This document shows positions 38,266-47,730 of a DNA stretch of 64,000 nt, piece by piece. A model generated the notes under the pieces. The model ran no database searches. It saw only the letters and a list, made by a program, of their open reading frames with translations, and had not been told where the DNA came from. Source of the stretch: Longimicrobiales bacterium (lineage in GTDB: Bacteria; Gemmatimonadota; Gemmatimonadetes; Longimicrobiales; Gaopeijiaceae); contig CBDFIQ010000002.1 of NCBI GenBank assembly GCA_965248195.1, positions 1,152,001 through 1,216,000 of the forward strand. The letters run 5' to 3'. Numbering within the stretch: the first letter of the stretch is position 1; each line of letters begins with the position of its first letter. Both the position numbers and the translations under genes were made by a program.

Positions 38266-39591
38266 TTGAAGCGATACTTGTTGGCGACAGTGATTATTGG
38301 TGCGGGGGCGGTGTCGGGTTGTAAGGAAAAGAACGCGACGGCTCCTGATCTCGGCTTCATTCAGGTCAATCCACGCACTGTAGAGGTTCTCATACCTTAC
38401 GAGGACTTCGTGGACGAAATTCAGGTCTTCGGTGGGTACGGATCCGCAGTGGATCTCGGTCATGGAGTGGTCGCGCTTGACTTTGGTGGACTGAATTCAC
38501 GGACACTCGTGCATCTGGAGGACTTTCCCACGACCGCTGAAGTGCCGGGGACCGACGGTGTCACCCGCACGGATCCCGACCTCACCTTCGTGGGAGGACG
38601 TGTCCTTCTCGTTTTCGACACGGTAGACGTAGCGGAACTTTTTCCGGCGCACGTCGAACTGTTCGATGTGAGAGAGGAGTGGCACCCGCCCACGGTGACG
38701 TGGGAGGTGGCAGTCGACACGGCCGGAGATCGGAGGCCTTGGACCCAGCCCGGGGGTGGCCCTTCCACCTTGCTCGGCAGCGCGCTCTTCGACGCCTTTA
38801 TCGGACAACTGGCGGACGACGACGCGCTCGTGGATACCGTGAGCATTGCGATCGATTCTGCGGCGGTGGCTGCCTTGGGAGACCCGGCCAGCGGGACGAC
38901 AGGACTTCGCCTGGCCGCCGCCGACCCTGCAGTGTTTCTTAAGGTGTTGGATATGCAACTCTTCCTCACGACGGTACCGGGCACGAGGCCCGATACAGTC
39001 TTGGAGCTACCTGTCGCGATGGTTGACCTGAGCTTCATGGTCGACCCGCTGCCCGAGGCGCCGGTGGGGTGGCTCCGTGTGGGTGGGACCCCTTCGTGGC
39101 GTACGGTAATCACCATGACGATGCCCCGCACGGTCGAAGGCACGGCCGATCTTTGTGGTACGGCGGGCTGTCAGGTCGACCTTACGGAGGTCGAGGTGAA
39201 CCTCGCCGAGTTGGTGCTGACCACTCGCCAGACCGAGTCGGCGTTCCAGCCGCGGGATATCACCCGTATAGACGTCCGCCGCGTACTCAATCCGGAGCTG
39301 CTACCCAAAGCTCCCCTCGGAGAGACCTTAGTGCCTGATCTGAGGAGCCTTTCGCCTGAGGTTTTTTCCGAGCTGGCCGGGACGCCGGTGTTGTTTGCGG
39401 TGACCGAGTTGGTGAGAGGGATTCTTTCCACGGCTGCCGAGACGGATACGGTGCCGGATGCCTCGGTGGCTTTGTTCAGCATCGTCGAACCGATAATGAT
39501 CGGGTTCGCGTCCTTCGAGGGTGGCGGAGGTGCGGGAGCTCCCGCACTGCGATTGCTGTACACGATCGCCAACGACGTGGGCTTGCCGTGA
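38266..39591 (+). CDS. hypothetical lipoprotein (beta-rich, DNRLRE/DUF4270-like)
   Basis: TTG start after AAGGA, lipobox VSG-C, motif EEW...VTW...PWTQPGG. Confidence 0.65.
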   Translation: MKRYLLATVIIGAGAVSGCKEKNATAPDLGFIQVNPRTVEVLIPYEDFVDEIQVFGGYGSAVDLGHGVVALDFGGLNSRTLVHLEDFPTTAEVPGTDGVTRTDPDLTFVGGRVLLVFDTVDVAELFPAHVELFDVREEWHPPTVTWEVAVDTAGDRRPWTQPGGGPSTLLGSALFDAFIGQLADDDALVDTVSIAIDSAAVAALGDPASGTTGLRLAAADPAVFLKVLDMQLFLTTVPGTRPDTVLELPVAMVDLSFMVDPLPEAPVGWLRVGGTPSWRTVITMTMPRTVEGTADLCGTAGCQVDLTEVEVNLAELVLTTRQTESAFQPRDITRIDVRRVLNPELLPKAPLGETLVPDLRSLSPEVFSELAGTPVLFAVTELVRGILSTAAETDTVPDASVALFSIVEPIMIGFASFEGGGGAGAPALRLLYTIANDVGLP

Positions 39592-40769
39592 GATATTTGA
39601 AATCGCTCTTGGCGCTCGCGCTTTTTTTGCCGAGCACCCTGGCGGGCCAGTCGGTGCTGGGGTCGAGTGGATTGGGGATGAAGCTGGAACCTCTCGATGC
39701 CATTCAGCGGGCACTCGGCGGGGTAGGAGTCACGACACGTACAGCTACGGTGCTTCCGGGAAATTCTGTGGCGTCTCTAGACCTTCTGGCACCTACGATC
39801 GCGTTCACTGGCCAGCCGCACTGGGGTAAATACACTATCGGATCGGAGAGGGGCAACTTCAACGTGACCCGCTTCCCCGTGCTGGGTTTCGCCTACCCGT
39901 TGGGCACGGATGGCGTGTTCACGCTCACGGCGGGAGGCCAATTCGACCAGAACTGGTCCGTCGAGTCCAAGGATTCCGTTGATATCGGAGGAGAGAGAGT
40001 CGGAGTCACCGACACCTTCATTTCGGATGGGGGCATTGCCACGATCCAGGCGGGCTGGGCACGCCGCTGGTCGACCACCCTTGCGTTCGGAGCAACCGTT
40101 GGTGTCTACAGGGGGGGACTCACACGGAGTTTCAGAAGGACCTTCGACCGAGTGGCGACCGATTCGGTTTCGCTTGTGAACCCGATCCAGCAGTTCCTCA
40201 CTGGGGGGCGATGGGTTCATTCGGGTCCTCTGGCCTCGTTGAACATGTCCTGGGACCCGAGTCCTAACTTACAGTTGGGCGTGACCGTGGGGTGGGGGGG
40301 GACGATCAAGGTGAATCCGGCGGGAGGGGCCGAGGGTGTCAGTCGAGAAGTCTCGGTACCCTTGGAGTTCAAGGTATCCACAAACGCGTTGCTCGCCCCG
40401 ACGTTGGCTCTGAATGTGGGGCTTGCCTCTTCGAACTGGACGGATTTGCGCGATCCGAGTGTCGACGCCGTGGGCGGCGGCAGGGTGTTGTCGTACGGTG
40501 GGGGGGTGGAGTGGGAGGCCCTGAGCTTTTGGGCGGGCGGCCTCCCTCTTCGGGTGGGCTTTCACCGGTCGGAGCTACCATTCCTGTTCTTGGAGAGGCC
40601 GGTAAAAGAGAGTACGATCTCCTTCGGATTCTCAATTGTAATGGCCGAAGCCTTGGGTCTCCCACTAGCGGCCGTGGATGTGGCGTTCGAGGCGGGAAAC
40701 CGAGACTCGGGGGAATTCAAGGAGAGCTTTCGCCGGCTCACGTTGACTACCCGGTTGGGGGGCCGCTGA
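39588..40769 (+). CDS. outer-membrane beta-barrel protein (FadL/OmpP1-like)
   Basis: Signal peptide ending LAG-Q, N-terminal RALGG segment, alternating amphipathic beta-strands to the C-terminus. 4-bp overlap with the lipoprotein gene. Confidence 0.6.
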   Translation: MRYLKSLLALALFLPSTLAGQSVLGSSGLGMKLEPLDAIQRALGGVGVTTRTATVLPGNSVASLDLLAPTIAFTGQPHWGKYTIGSERGNFNVTRFPVLGFAYPLGTDGVFTLTAGGQFDQNWSVESKDSVDIGGERVGVTDTFISDGGIATIQAGWARRWSTTLAFGATVGVYRGGLTRSFRRTFDRVATDSVSLVNPIQQFLTGGRWVHSGPLASLNMSWDPSPNLQLGVTVGWGGTIKVNPAGGAEGVSREVSVPLEFKVSTNALLAPTLALNVGLASSNWTDLRDPSVDAVGGGRVLSYGGGVEWEALSFWAGGLPLRVGFHRSELPFLFLERPVKESTISFGFSIVMAEALGLPLAAVDVAFEAGNRDSGEFKESFRRLTLTTRLGGR

Positions 40770-40783
40770 GGCGGGCGCGCGAC

Positions 40784-42367
40784 GTGCGGGTATTCTTTCA
40801 TACTTTTGGGTGCAAGGCGAACCAGTACGATACCGAGCGTATGCGCCAGGAATCTCAGGCTCGCGGTGTAGTCGCGACGAGGGATTTAGGCTCTGCCGAC
40901 GTATGCGTGGTGAATACCTGTACCGTGACCAATGCGGCCGATGCCGAGGCGAGGCGTTTTGTTCGGCGTATCAAGAGAGAAAACCCCCACACGCACATTG
41001 TCGTCGCCGGTTGTTCGGCTGTGCTCCGGACTCGGGAGTATGCCGAGTTGGAAGGTGTGGCCTCCGTTGTACCGGGACACGACCCCGTTCAGGTGGCCGC
41101 TGCGGTGGCCAGCTCGGGCGCACCTCCTCGATCCCTGCTCCAACTCGGCATGGATCGCGGGCTGATTGGATCGCATCTGGAGCCCATCGGTGCGACCATC
41201 CTGGACAGGCGCGAGGGCGCGACGAGGGGATGGCTCAAGATACAGGACGGTTGTGACCGGAAGTGCGCGTTCTGCGCCACGCGGCTTGCGCGCGGTCCGA
41301 GTCGCTCCCGCTCCGCCGGGGACATCATGCTCGAGGCGCGGGGGCTGTCTCGCCACCATCCCGAACTCGTGTTGACGGGGATCCACATTGGCCACTACGG
41401 CCGAGACCTGGAGGCTCCTAGTTCGCTTTCCACGCTCCTGGCCCGCCTTTTGGACGCGGTCCCAGACGTCCGGTTCCGACTTGGAAGCATCGAGGCGACG
41501 GAGATCGATGACTTACTCCTCGAGCTCATTCGCACTTCGGGTGGCCGTGTCGCCCCGCATTTACACATGCCTATGCAGAGTGGCGCCGATCCCGTCCTAC
41601 GCCGTATGAAGCGATGGCATACGAGAGAGGCATACCGGGCTCGGGCGTTCCAGGTCGCGGATGCGGTGGGCCGAATCGGCTTGGGGGCGGATATCATCAC
41701 GGGCTTTCCCGGCGAGACTGCTGTCGACCACCACGATACGATGCGGCTGGTCGAGGAGCTTCCCTTCACTTACCTCCACGTCTTTCCGTTTTCACCTAAA
41801 GACGGTACTGCGGCGAGTGCGCTCCCGAATCCAGTCCCGCAGCGGGTTGCGGGTGAGCGTAGCCGTGAATTGAGGGCGTTGGCGCGGGAGAAGCATCGCC
41901 GTTACCGGGCGTCACGAGCCGGGGAGGCGTCACTGGTCACGCTGGAAGCGCAGGGTCGCCGAGCTTTGACCGGAGATTACCTTCGTGTGGACGTGGACGT
42001 GGACGTGGACGTGGACGTGGACGTGGACGTGGACGTGGACGTGGACGTGGACGTGGACGTGGACGTGGACGTGGACGTGGACGTGGACGGGGACGGGGAA
42101 GTGGACGTGGACGTGGACGTGGACGGGGACGGGGAAGTGGAAGTGGACGTGAATGTGGATGTGAAACCGGACGTGGCGGATGTGGGGGTGGAAGCTTACA
42201 AACGTCTCCATTCCGGCGTCCTGCGGGGCAGTGGGGATGACCTTTATGTCGTACTCCATGCGGCCGGCGCGCCCCAGAGTGAACGGCCCACGGTGTTCCT
42301 TCAACAGCCCTCTGAGGCCGCTTCCGGTATGGAGTCGCCCCTGCGTTCCGCCGTGAGTTCGGCATGA
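40784..42367 (+). CDS. mtaB: radical SAM tRNA methylthiotransferase, MtaB-like, with poly(VD) insertion
   Basis: HTFGCKANQYD, VNTCTVT, KIQDGCDRKCAFC, LTGIHIG, HVFPFSPKDGT. GTG start at 40784. Confidence 0.85.
   Translation: MRVFFHTFGCKANQYDTERMRQESQARGVVATRDLGSADVCVVNTCTVTNAADAEARRFVRRIKRENPHTHIVVAGCSAVLRTREYAELEGVASVVPGHDPVQVAAAVASSGAPPRSLLQLGMDRGLIGSHLEPIGATILDRREGATRGWLKIQDGCDRKCAFCATRLARGPSRSRSAGDIMLEARGLSRHHPELVLTGIHIGHYGRDLEAPSSLSTLLARLLDAVPDVRFRLGSIEATEIDDLLLELIRTSGGRVAPHLHMPMQSGADPVLRRMKRWHTREAYRARAFQVADAVGRIGLGADIITGFPGETAVDHHDTMRLVEELPFTYLHVFPFSPKDGTAASALPNPVPQRVAGERSRELRALAREKHRRYRASRAGEASLVTLEAQGRRALTGDYLRVDVDVDVDVDVDVDVDVDVDVDVDVDVDVDVDVDGDGEVDVDVDVDGDGEVEVDVNVDVKPDVADVGVEAYKRLHSGVLRGSGDDLYVVLHAAGAPQSERPTVFLQQPSEAASGMESPLRSAVSSA
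41987..42193 (+). repeat. (GTGGAC)17 perfect hexamer tract plus degenerate continuation, in frame within mtaB
   Basis: Perfect units 41987-42088, then GGGGACGGGGAA, (GTGGAC)4, GGGGACGGGGAA and decaying GTGRAN units. Confidence 0.97.
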
Positions 42368-43746
42368 TTCAGAAGTCCAGGAAGCGTGCATACGTCGAGA
42401 CGTATGGCTGCCAAATGAACATCAGCGATGGGGAGTTGATGGAGGGTGTTCTGGAGGCCCATGGATACGAGATTTCCGCTGACCCCGAGGAAGCAGACGT
42501 CATTTTGGTGAACACTTGTGCCATCCGGGAGCATGCGGAGAAACGGGTGCTCGGCAGGGTGAGCCAGCTCTGCGGGCTCAAGCGTGACCGTCCGGACCTG
42601 ATCATCGGCGTCACCGGATGCATGGCGCAGCGCATGGGCGAGAGACTCTTGGAGAAGGCTCCTCATGTGGATTTGGTCATGGGCCCCGACGGCTACCGGT
42701 CTCTGCCCGAACGGCTCGCGGCACTCGTGGAGGGTCGGAGGATTCGACCGTCGCGCTCGGCCAAGAGACGTGGACCCCAACTCGCGGTTCTCGACCTCCA
42801 CCTGGGTGAGAACTATGAGGGCCTAGACCAGCGCCGCTCGTCCCGAATCTCCGCCTGGGTACCGGTCCAGAGAGGGTGTGACCACCGCTGCACGTTCTGT
42901 ATCGTCCCGTACGTGAGGGGCCCTGAGAAAAACCGGAGTCCGAGGAAGGTGTTGCGCGAAATAGAGGAGATCGCCGATTCCGGTGTCACGGAGGTCACGC
43001 TTCTGGGGCAGACCGTAAACTCGTATGAGGCCGAAGGGCAGTCCTTTCCAGACCTCCTTCGGTCCGTGGCCCGGGTCCCAGGCATCCGGCGCGTTCGATT
43101 CACGTCACCGCATCCCAACGATGTGACGGCCGATCTCTTGGATGTCATGGCCGAGGAGCCCGCGGTGTGTGAGCAGCTCCATCTGCCACTTCAGGCAGGA
43201 AGTGATCGGACGCTCCGACGGATGCTTCGGCGGTACACGGTCGAAGCCTTTTTCGAGAAGGTGGAGTTGGCGCGCAGAATGATACCCGACATCGGGCTTT
43301 CCACCGATGTCATCGTGGCCTTTCCTGGGGAGACGCGAGACGAGTTCGAAGAAACTCTCGAGGTGATGCGCACCGTTCGCTTCGATGATGCCTACACCTA
43401 CCGGTTTTCACTCCGTGAGGGCACACCCGCCACACGCTTTCCGCCCGCGGATTTTGTTTCCGACGGGGAGGGCCAGGAGCGGCTCCAGCGACTCATCGAG
43501 GTCCATCGGGGAATTCAGGCCGAAATCAACCAGGCCGAAGTGGGACGCTCGGAAACGGTTCTCGTGGAGAAAGAAGCCCGTGATCCAGGTCAGATTCTTG
43601 GACGGACACGAAGGAACAAGGTGGTCGCGTTTGCGGGATCTCCGGAGCTCATCGGCACCTACCAGGGGGTCCGCCTCACACACACGACGGGAGCGACGTT
43701 CGTCGGGGAGCTTTCCGCTGCTCCGGCTCTGATGGGGCGCGCGTGA
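42364..43746 (+). CDS. miaB: tRNA ms2i6A37 methylthiotransferase
   Basis: ETYGCQMN, NTCAIRE.AE, GCMAQ, RGCDHRCTFC, RFTSPHP, TRAM domain. Confidence 0.95.
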   Translation: MIQKSRKRAYVETYGCQMNISDGELMEGVLEAHGYEISADPEEADVILVNTCAIREHAEKRVLGRVSQLCGLKRDRPDLIIGVTGCMAQRMGERLLEKAPHVDLVMGPDGYRSLPERLAALVEGRRIRPSRSAKRRGPQLAVLDLHLGENYEGLDQRRSSRISAWVPVQRGCDHRCTFCIVPYVRGPEKNRSPRKVLREIEEIADSGVTEVTLLGQTVNSYEAEGQSFPDLLRSVARVPGIRRVRFTSPHPNDVTADLLDVMAEEPAVCEQLHLPLQAGSDRTLRRMLRRYTVEAFFEKVELARRMIPDIGLSTDVIVAFPGETRDEFEETLEVMRTVRFDDAYTYRFSLREGTPATRFPPADFVSDGEGQERLQRLIEVHRGIQAEINQAEVGRSETVLVEKEARDPGQILGRTRRNKVVAFAGSPELIGTYQGVRLTHTTGATFVGELSAAPALMGRA

Positions 43747-44078
43747 CGCGGTTCATCGGACCGGTGGGAGTCGTCTCGGTCCTCGTGGTCTCGATCCTCT
43801 TTGCGGCGATGAATGGGTCTCAACGGGTCACGCTCAATCTGGGCGTGATCGTCCTCTATAGGGTGCCTGTGACGGTGGTGGGGTTCACAGGCCTATTTAT
43901 GGGAATGGTGGTCATTCTCGTCGCCGGCGTCCGTAGCGATCTCAAGGTCCGGGCGGTGCTTCGTCAGCGACTGGAGGACGAGGATCGCGAGGAACGGGCC
44001 CTAATCGATCGGACCCAGCAAGACCTTTTTTCGCCGCCTCCACAGGAGGATGAAGGCGGTGAGGAGGAGTTGCAATAG
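43743..44078 (+). CDS. LapA-family small membrane protein
   Basis: TM-FAAMN...VTLNL...VP-TM, followed by a charged tail. Confidence 0.65.
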   Translation: MTRFIGPVGVVSVLVVSILFAAMNGSQRVTLNLGVIVLYRVPVTVVGFTGLFMGMVVILVAGVRSDLKVRAVLRQRLEDEDREERALIDRTQQDLFSPPPQEDEGGEEELQ

Positions 44079-44096
44079 GCTGAACCTCGATTCCAT

Positions 44097-46493
44097 GTGG
44101 CGGGTACGGGCTCCACCGTGAGGCCGCGACTGCCACCGGTGGCTTTGGTCGCTCTCGCCCTCATCATAGGGAGCGCCTCATACGCGGTTTTGGACGTCTT
44201 CTTCCCGCCCGCGTTCTCCCTCGCGATTGTGTGCCTTCCCATTCTGCCATGGCTTCGCCCCGATTTCCTGTGGTCTCCCCGGACCGTAGCGGACACACAA
44301 GAGTTCGTCGAAGTACTCCCGCGTTTTGTAATAACAGTGCACACTGGAACGATGTCGGCGGCACTAGCCTTGGCCATGCTCGCCGGGGGCCTAACGACCT
44401 ACGGGCAACGTCGAGGCGTGGGCGGCGATTGCAGGCTCCGTTTAACGGATGGAGTGGAAGGGCCGGTCAGCGGTTGGTTCGAGGGCGGGACCGGAACAGG
44501 AGCGCGCCCTTTTCGGTTGGTCCACGGCCTGAACTGTGAGGGCTCCGTCCGGGCCTTCCAGAGGGGAAGTGAGGGCGGATATCCCCCCGGGACTCCAGTG
44601 AGTGCGGTGGGGATCTGGCGGCGGGCTGCGCACCCCATCGCGGCGGCCCCCGCCTCGGCCGGAACGCTTCTGCTCGCGGATGTGCAACTCGACGAGAATT
44701 TCACCGGTTTCGGGTTCGCGGGAGCCAGGGCGCGCCTCCGGGGACGGATCGAATCGCGGATGCGGGACCTTCTGCCCGAGACGTGGCCCTTGGCCAGCGC
44801 CCTGATCTTGGCTCGAAAGGAGGCATTGGACCCCGCGGTTCGGGAGGCGTTCGCCGTAGCCGGGATCGCTCATCTGCTCGCGATCTCGGGCTTCCATGTG
44901 GGCGTCGTGGCGCTCCTCGTGAGTGTCCTGATTCGGGGCGCAGGGGCAGGCCCGCGCCGAGCCCCGGCCTACGCCGCCTCCATCACCTGGCTTTACATCG
45001 GCCTGATCGGCTTTCCGGACGCTGCGACCCGGGCCGCGCTCATCCTCACATTCCTGGCCGCCGCGCGGCTGAGAGCTCGTCCCGCGGGGGCACTCGGCGC
45101 GATCGCATCCGCAGGGATCATTCTGTTTCTACTGGATCCGGCTGTGCTTTCACGCCCGGGATTTCAGATGTCGTTTGCCGGGGCGCTCGGGCTCGTGTTG
45201 CTTAGACCCCCGGTTCGGAGGTGGCTGGATGCACGCTCCCTCACCCTCGTACCGCCCGTGTTCAAGGATGCGGTGGCGGCGGGGGTGGGTGCCACCCTGG
45301 CAACGATGCCGTTCGTGGCCTTTCATTTCGGAAGGGTCTCGGTCGTGGGTGTACCGGTGACGCTCGTCGCCACGCCACTCGTGAGTGCTGCGATTCCCGG
45401 GCTGTTGTCCACGATTGGCATGTCGTGGATTTCCCCACCGCTCGCACATTTCCTTGCGGGAGGCACGGATGTTCTGCTCCGGTCATTGGAGTCCTTCGCA
45501 CGCCTGTGTGCTTCACCTCCCTGGGCGTCTTTTTGGGTGGGAGACGCCGCTCTGCTCGGAGCGCTCGTGGGCGGTCTCGGTGGCCTGATCGGATTGCGCT
45601 TCCTGGCTGTGGGGCTTCGAGGGTGGGCGCGCTGGATGACGCTCGCGGTCTGGGCCACGGTCGGAGCCGGAGTGGCGCCGCTCGCTGAACGGTGGGCCGG
45701 TGCGGGCACCGTGGAGATCGTTTTCCTCGACGTAGGCCAGGGCGACGCGCTGGCCATCCGTTCTCCCGGAGCCCGGTGGATCTTGGTGGACACGGGTCCG
45801 CGGGGACGAACGTACGATGCAGGTGCCCGCGTCGTTCTTCCCTACCTGCGCCGCCGGGGAGTCGCGCGGATCGAGGCTCTGGTGTTGACCCATCCGGACA
45901 TGGATCACATCGGTGGAGCCGAAGTGATCGTTCAAGGGCTCGACGTGGGATACGTGGTGGACCCTGCCCAGGCGACGGGAAGGGACGCCTACGTACGGGT
46001 CTTGGAGGCGGCCAGCCGGAACGCGGTCCCCTGGCTCGAGGCCCGAAGGGATGTCTCGATCACGTTGGACGGGGTCGAAGTTTCGGTTCTGCACCCTAAC
46101 GGCCCCACGACCCTGGCTTACGGCGGGACGGACTCCAACGCACAATCCGTTGTCCTTCTGGTCCGGTATGGAGAGTTCGAGGCGCTCTTGACCGGAGATG
46201 CACCGGTGGAGGTCGAGGAGGCGATTCTCGACGATCTTCCTTCGGATCTCGAGGTCCTGAAGATCGGTCACCACGGATCGAACACGTCGACCTCGCCATC
46301 GCTTCTCGCACGGACCTCTCCAGAGTTGGCCGTGATATCTGTCGGTGCGAGGAACCGCTACGGCCATCCCCATGCCGAAGTGGTGAATCGGATCATCGAG
46401 TCGGGCGCTCGTGTCCTGCGCACCGACCTGCGCGGCGACATCGTGATTCGGGCCCGGCGCAGCGGACTCCACGAGGTCCGAACCGAGTGGTGA
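44097..46493 (+). CDS. comEC: DNA uptake channel ComEC/Rec2
   Basis: HLLAISGFHV, GFQMSF, metallo-beta-lactamase domain (DVGQGD, THPDMDHIGG, HHGS, NRYGHP). Confidence 0.92.
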   Translation: MAGTGSTVRPRLPPVALVALALIIGSASYAVLDVFFPPAFSLAIVCLPILPWLRPDFLWSPRTVADTQEFVEVLPRFVITVHTGTMSAALALAMLAGGLTTYGQRRGVGGDCRLRLTDGVEGPVSGWFEGGTGTGARPFRLVHGLNCEGSVRAFQRGSEGGYPPGTPVSAVGIWRRAAHPIAAAPASAGTLLLADVQLDENFTGFGFAGARARLRGRIESRMRDLLPETWPLASALILARKEALDPAVREAFAVAGIAHLLAISGFHVGVVALLVSVLIRGAGAGPRRAPAYAASITWLYIGLIGFPDAATRAALILTFLAAARLRARPAGALGAIASAGIILFLLDPAVLSRPGFQMSFAGALGLVLLRPPVRRWLDARSLTLVPPVFKDAVAAGVGATLATMPFVAFHFGRVSVVGVPVTLVATPLVSAAIPGLLSTIGMSWISPPLAHFLAGGTDVLLRSLESFARLCASPPWASFWVGDAALLGALVGGLGGLIGLRFLAVGLRGWARWMTLAVWATVGAGVAPLAERWAGAGTVEIVFLDVGQGDALAIRSPGARWILVDTGPRGRTYDAGARVVLPYLRRRGVARIEALVLTHPDMDHIGGAEVIVQGLDVGYVVDPAQATGRDAYVRVLEAASRNAVPWLEARRDVSITLDGVEVSVLHPNGPTTLAYGGTDSNAQSVVLLVRYGEFEALLTGDAPVEVEEAILDDLPSDLEVLKIGHHGSNTSTSPSLLARTSPELAVISVGARNRYGHPHAEVVNRIIESGARVLRTDLRGDIVIRARRSGLHEVRTEW

Positions 46494-46579
46494 GGCCAGA
46501 CCTCTGTGGCCAGACGGGCCGGATCGCCATGGCCCGACGGACCCGAGGGAATAGTACGGTCCACCGAAATGGGGTGTCT

Positions 46580-46607
46580 TTGACCTCTGGATGGCCCCGG
46601 CTATAGT
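46580..46607 (+). promoter_or_regulatory. sigma70-type promoter for fbp
   Basis: TTGACC-N16-TATAGT, about 46 nt upstream of the ATG. Confidence 0.55.
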
Positions 46608-46653
46608 TTTGCTAACTGTGCACAGCTCCCAAGAGCCCACGTCCCATGAGGCT

Positions 46654-47664
46654 ATGACGAACCGCGGTGTTGTAACGCTAGAGAGACATATCATCGAAGA
46701 GGAACGGAGCCGCCCGGAGGCGACCGGCGCCTTCAGCAATATTCTCAACTCGCTCACCCTCGCCGCAAAAATCATCTCTCGGGAGGTGAATAAGGCCGGC
46801 ATCGTTGATATGCTCGGAGGCACCGGAGACACGAACGTACAGGGAGAGCGTGTCCAGAAACTCGATCTCTATGCCGAGGACGTGATCTACCGGGCGTTGG
46901 ATCACACGGGCACTCTCTGTTGCATGGTCTCTGAGGAATCCGAGGACATCATTCACATACCGGATCGGTTTCCGAAGGGAAAGTATGTGCTGATCTTCGA
47001 TCCGTTGGACGGCTCTTCCAACATCGACGTCAACGTTTCGATCGGCACCATCTTCTCGCTTCACAGGAAGGTATCGGACGGCGTGGAGGGTACCGTCGAA
47101 GACTGCCTTCAGGCAGGGTGCAAGCAGGTCGCAGCGGGATACGTGCTCTATGGATCGTCGACCATGCTTGTGTATACGAGCGGCCGCGGGGTGCACGGGT
47201 TTACACTCGATCCGTCGATCGGTGAATTTCTGCTGAGCCACCCGAACCTTGTCATTCCCGACCCCCCGAGCCGGACGTACTCGATCAATGAAGCGTACTA
47301 CCCTCGCTGGTCCGCCGGGCAGCAGAGGCTGATGCAGCACTTGAAGGGGCTCGATGGTGAAGCGGCGGTCTCCTACAGCTCACGTTACATCGGCTCCTTG
47401 GTGGCGGATTTTCACCGCACCCTTCTCAAGGGTGGGATCTTCATGTACCCAGCGGACTCGAAGAGTCCGCATGGAAAGCTCCGACTTCTCTACGAGGCCG
47501 CGCCGATGGCAATGATCTGCGAGCAGGCCGGCGGGCGAGCATCCGACGGGCGAATCCCCATACTGAACCTCACCCCCGAGGCCATTCACCAAAGGACTCC
47601 ACTGTACATCGGGTCTGCCGAGATCGTTGAAATAGCCGAAGGGTTCCTGGCCGAGGACGCATAG
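46654..47664 (+). CDS. fbp: fructose-1,6-bisphosphatase class 1
   Basis: NVQGE.VQKLD, FDPLDGSSN, RYIGSLVAD, GKLRLLYE. Confidence 0.96.
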   Translation: MTNRGVVTLERHIIEEERSRPEATGAFSNILNSLTLAAKIISREVNKAGIVDMLGGTGDTNVQGERVQKLDLYAEDVIYRALDHTGTLCCMVSEESEDIIHIPDRFPKGKYVLIFDPLDGSSNIDVNVSIGTIFSLHRKVSDGVEGTVEDCLQAGCKQVAAGYVLYGSSTMLVYTSGRGVHGFTLDPSIGEFLLSHPNLVIPDPPSRTYSINEAYYPRWSAGQQRLMQHLKGLDGEAAVSYSSRYIGSLVADFHRTLLKGGIFMYPADSKSPHGKLRLLYEAAPMAMICEQAGGRASDGRIPILNLTPEAIHQRTPLYIGSAEIVEIAEGFLAEDA

Positions 47665-47680
47665 AAGGTGCCCCCGTCGT

Positions 47681-47723
47681 TGGAGCTCCTAGCCGTAGCT
47701 AAGGCTATGGCGTCGTGGCTCCG
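47681..47723. terminator. hairpin between convergent fbp and purF
   Basis: GCCGTAGC-TAAG-GCTATGGC inner stem with outer GGAGC/GCTCC pairing. No U-tract. Confidence 0.35.
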
Positions 47724-47730
47724 ACCCACG

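Noticed and set aside
41987..42193. Repeat tract as a CRISPR array
   Set aside because: It is a 6-bp tandem unit with no spacers and no cas genes.
41930..42391. Antisense ORFs encoding poly(HV) and poly(RP)
   Set aside because: They are shadows of the GTGGAC tract in mtaB, with no RBS or independent coding signal.
44270..44350. Slightly AT-richer segment in the comEC N-terminus as an insertion
   Set aside because: The frame is intact, there are no flanking repeats, and this region is variable in ComEC.
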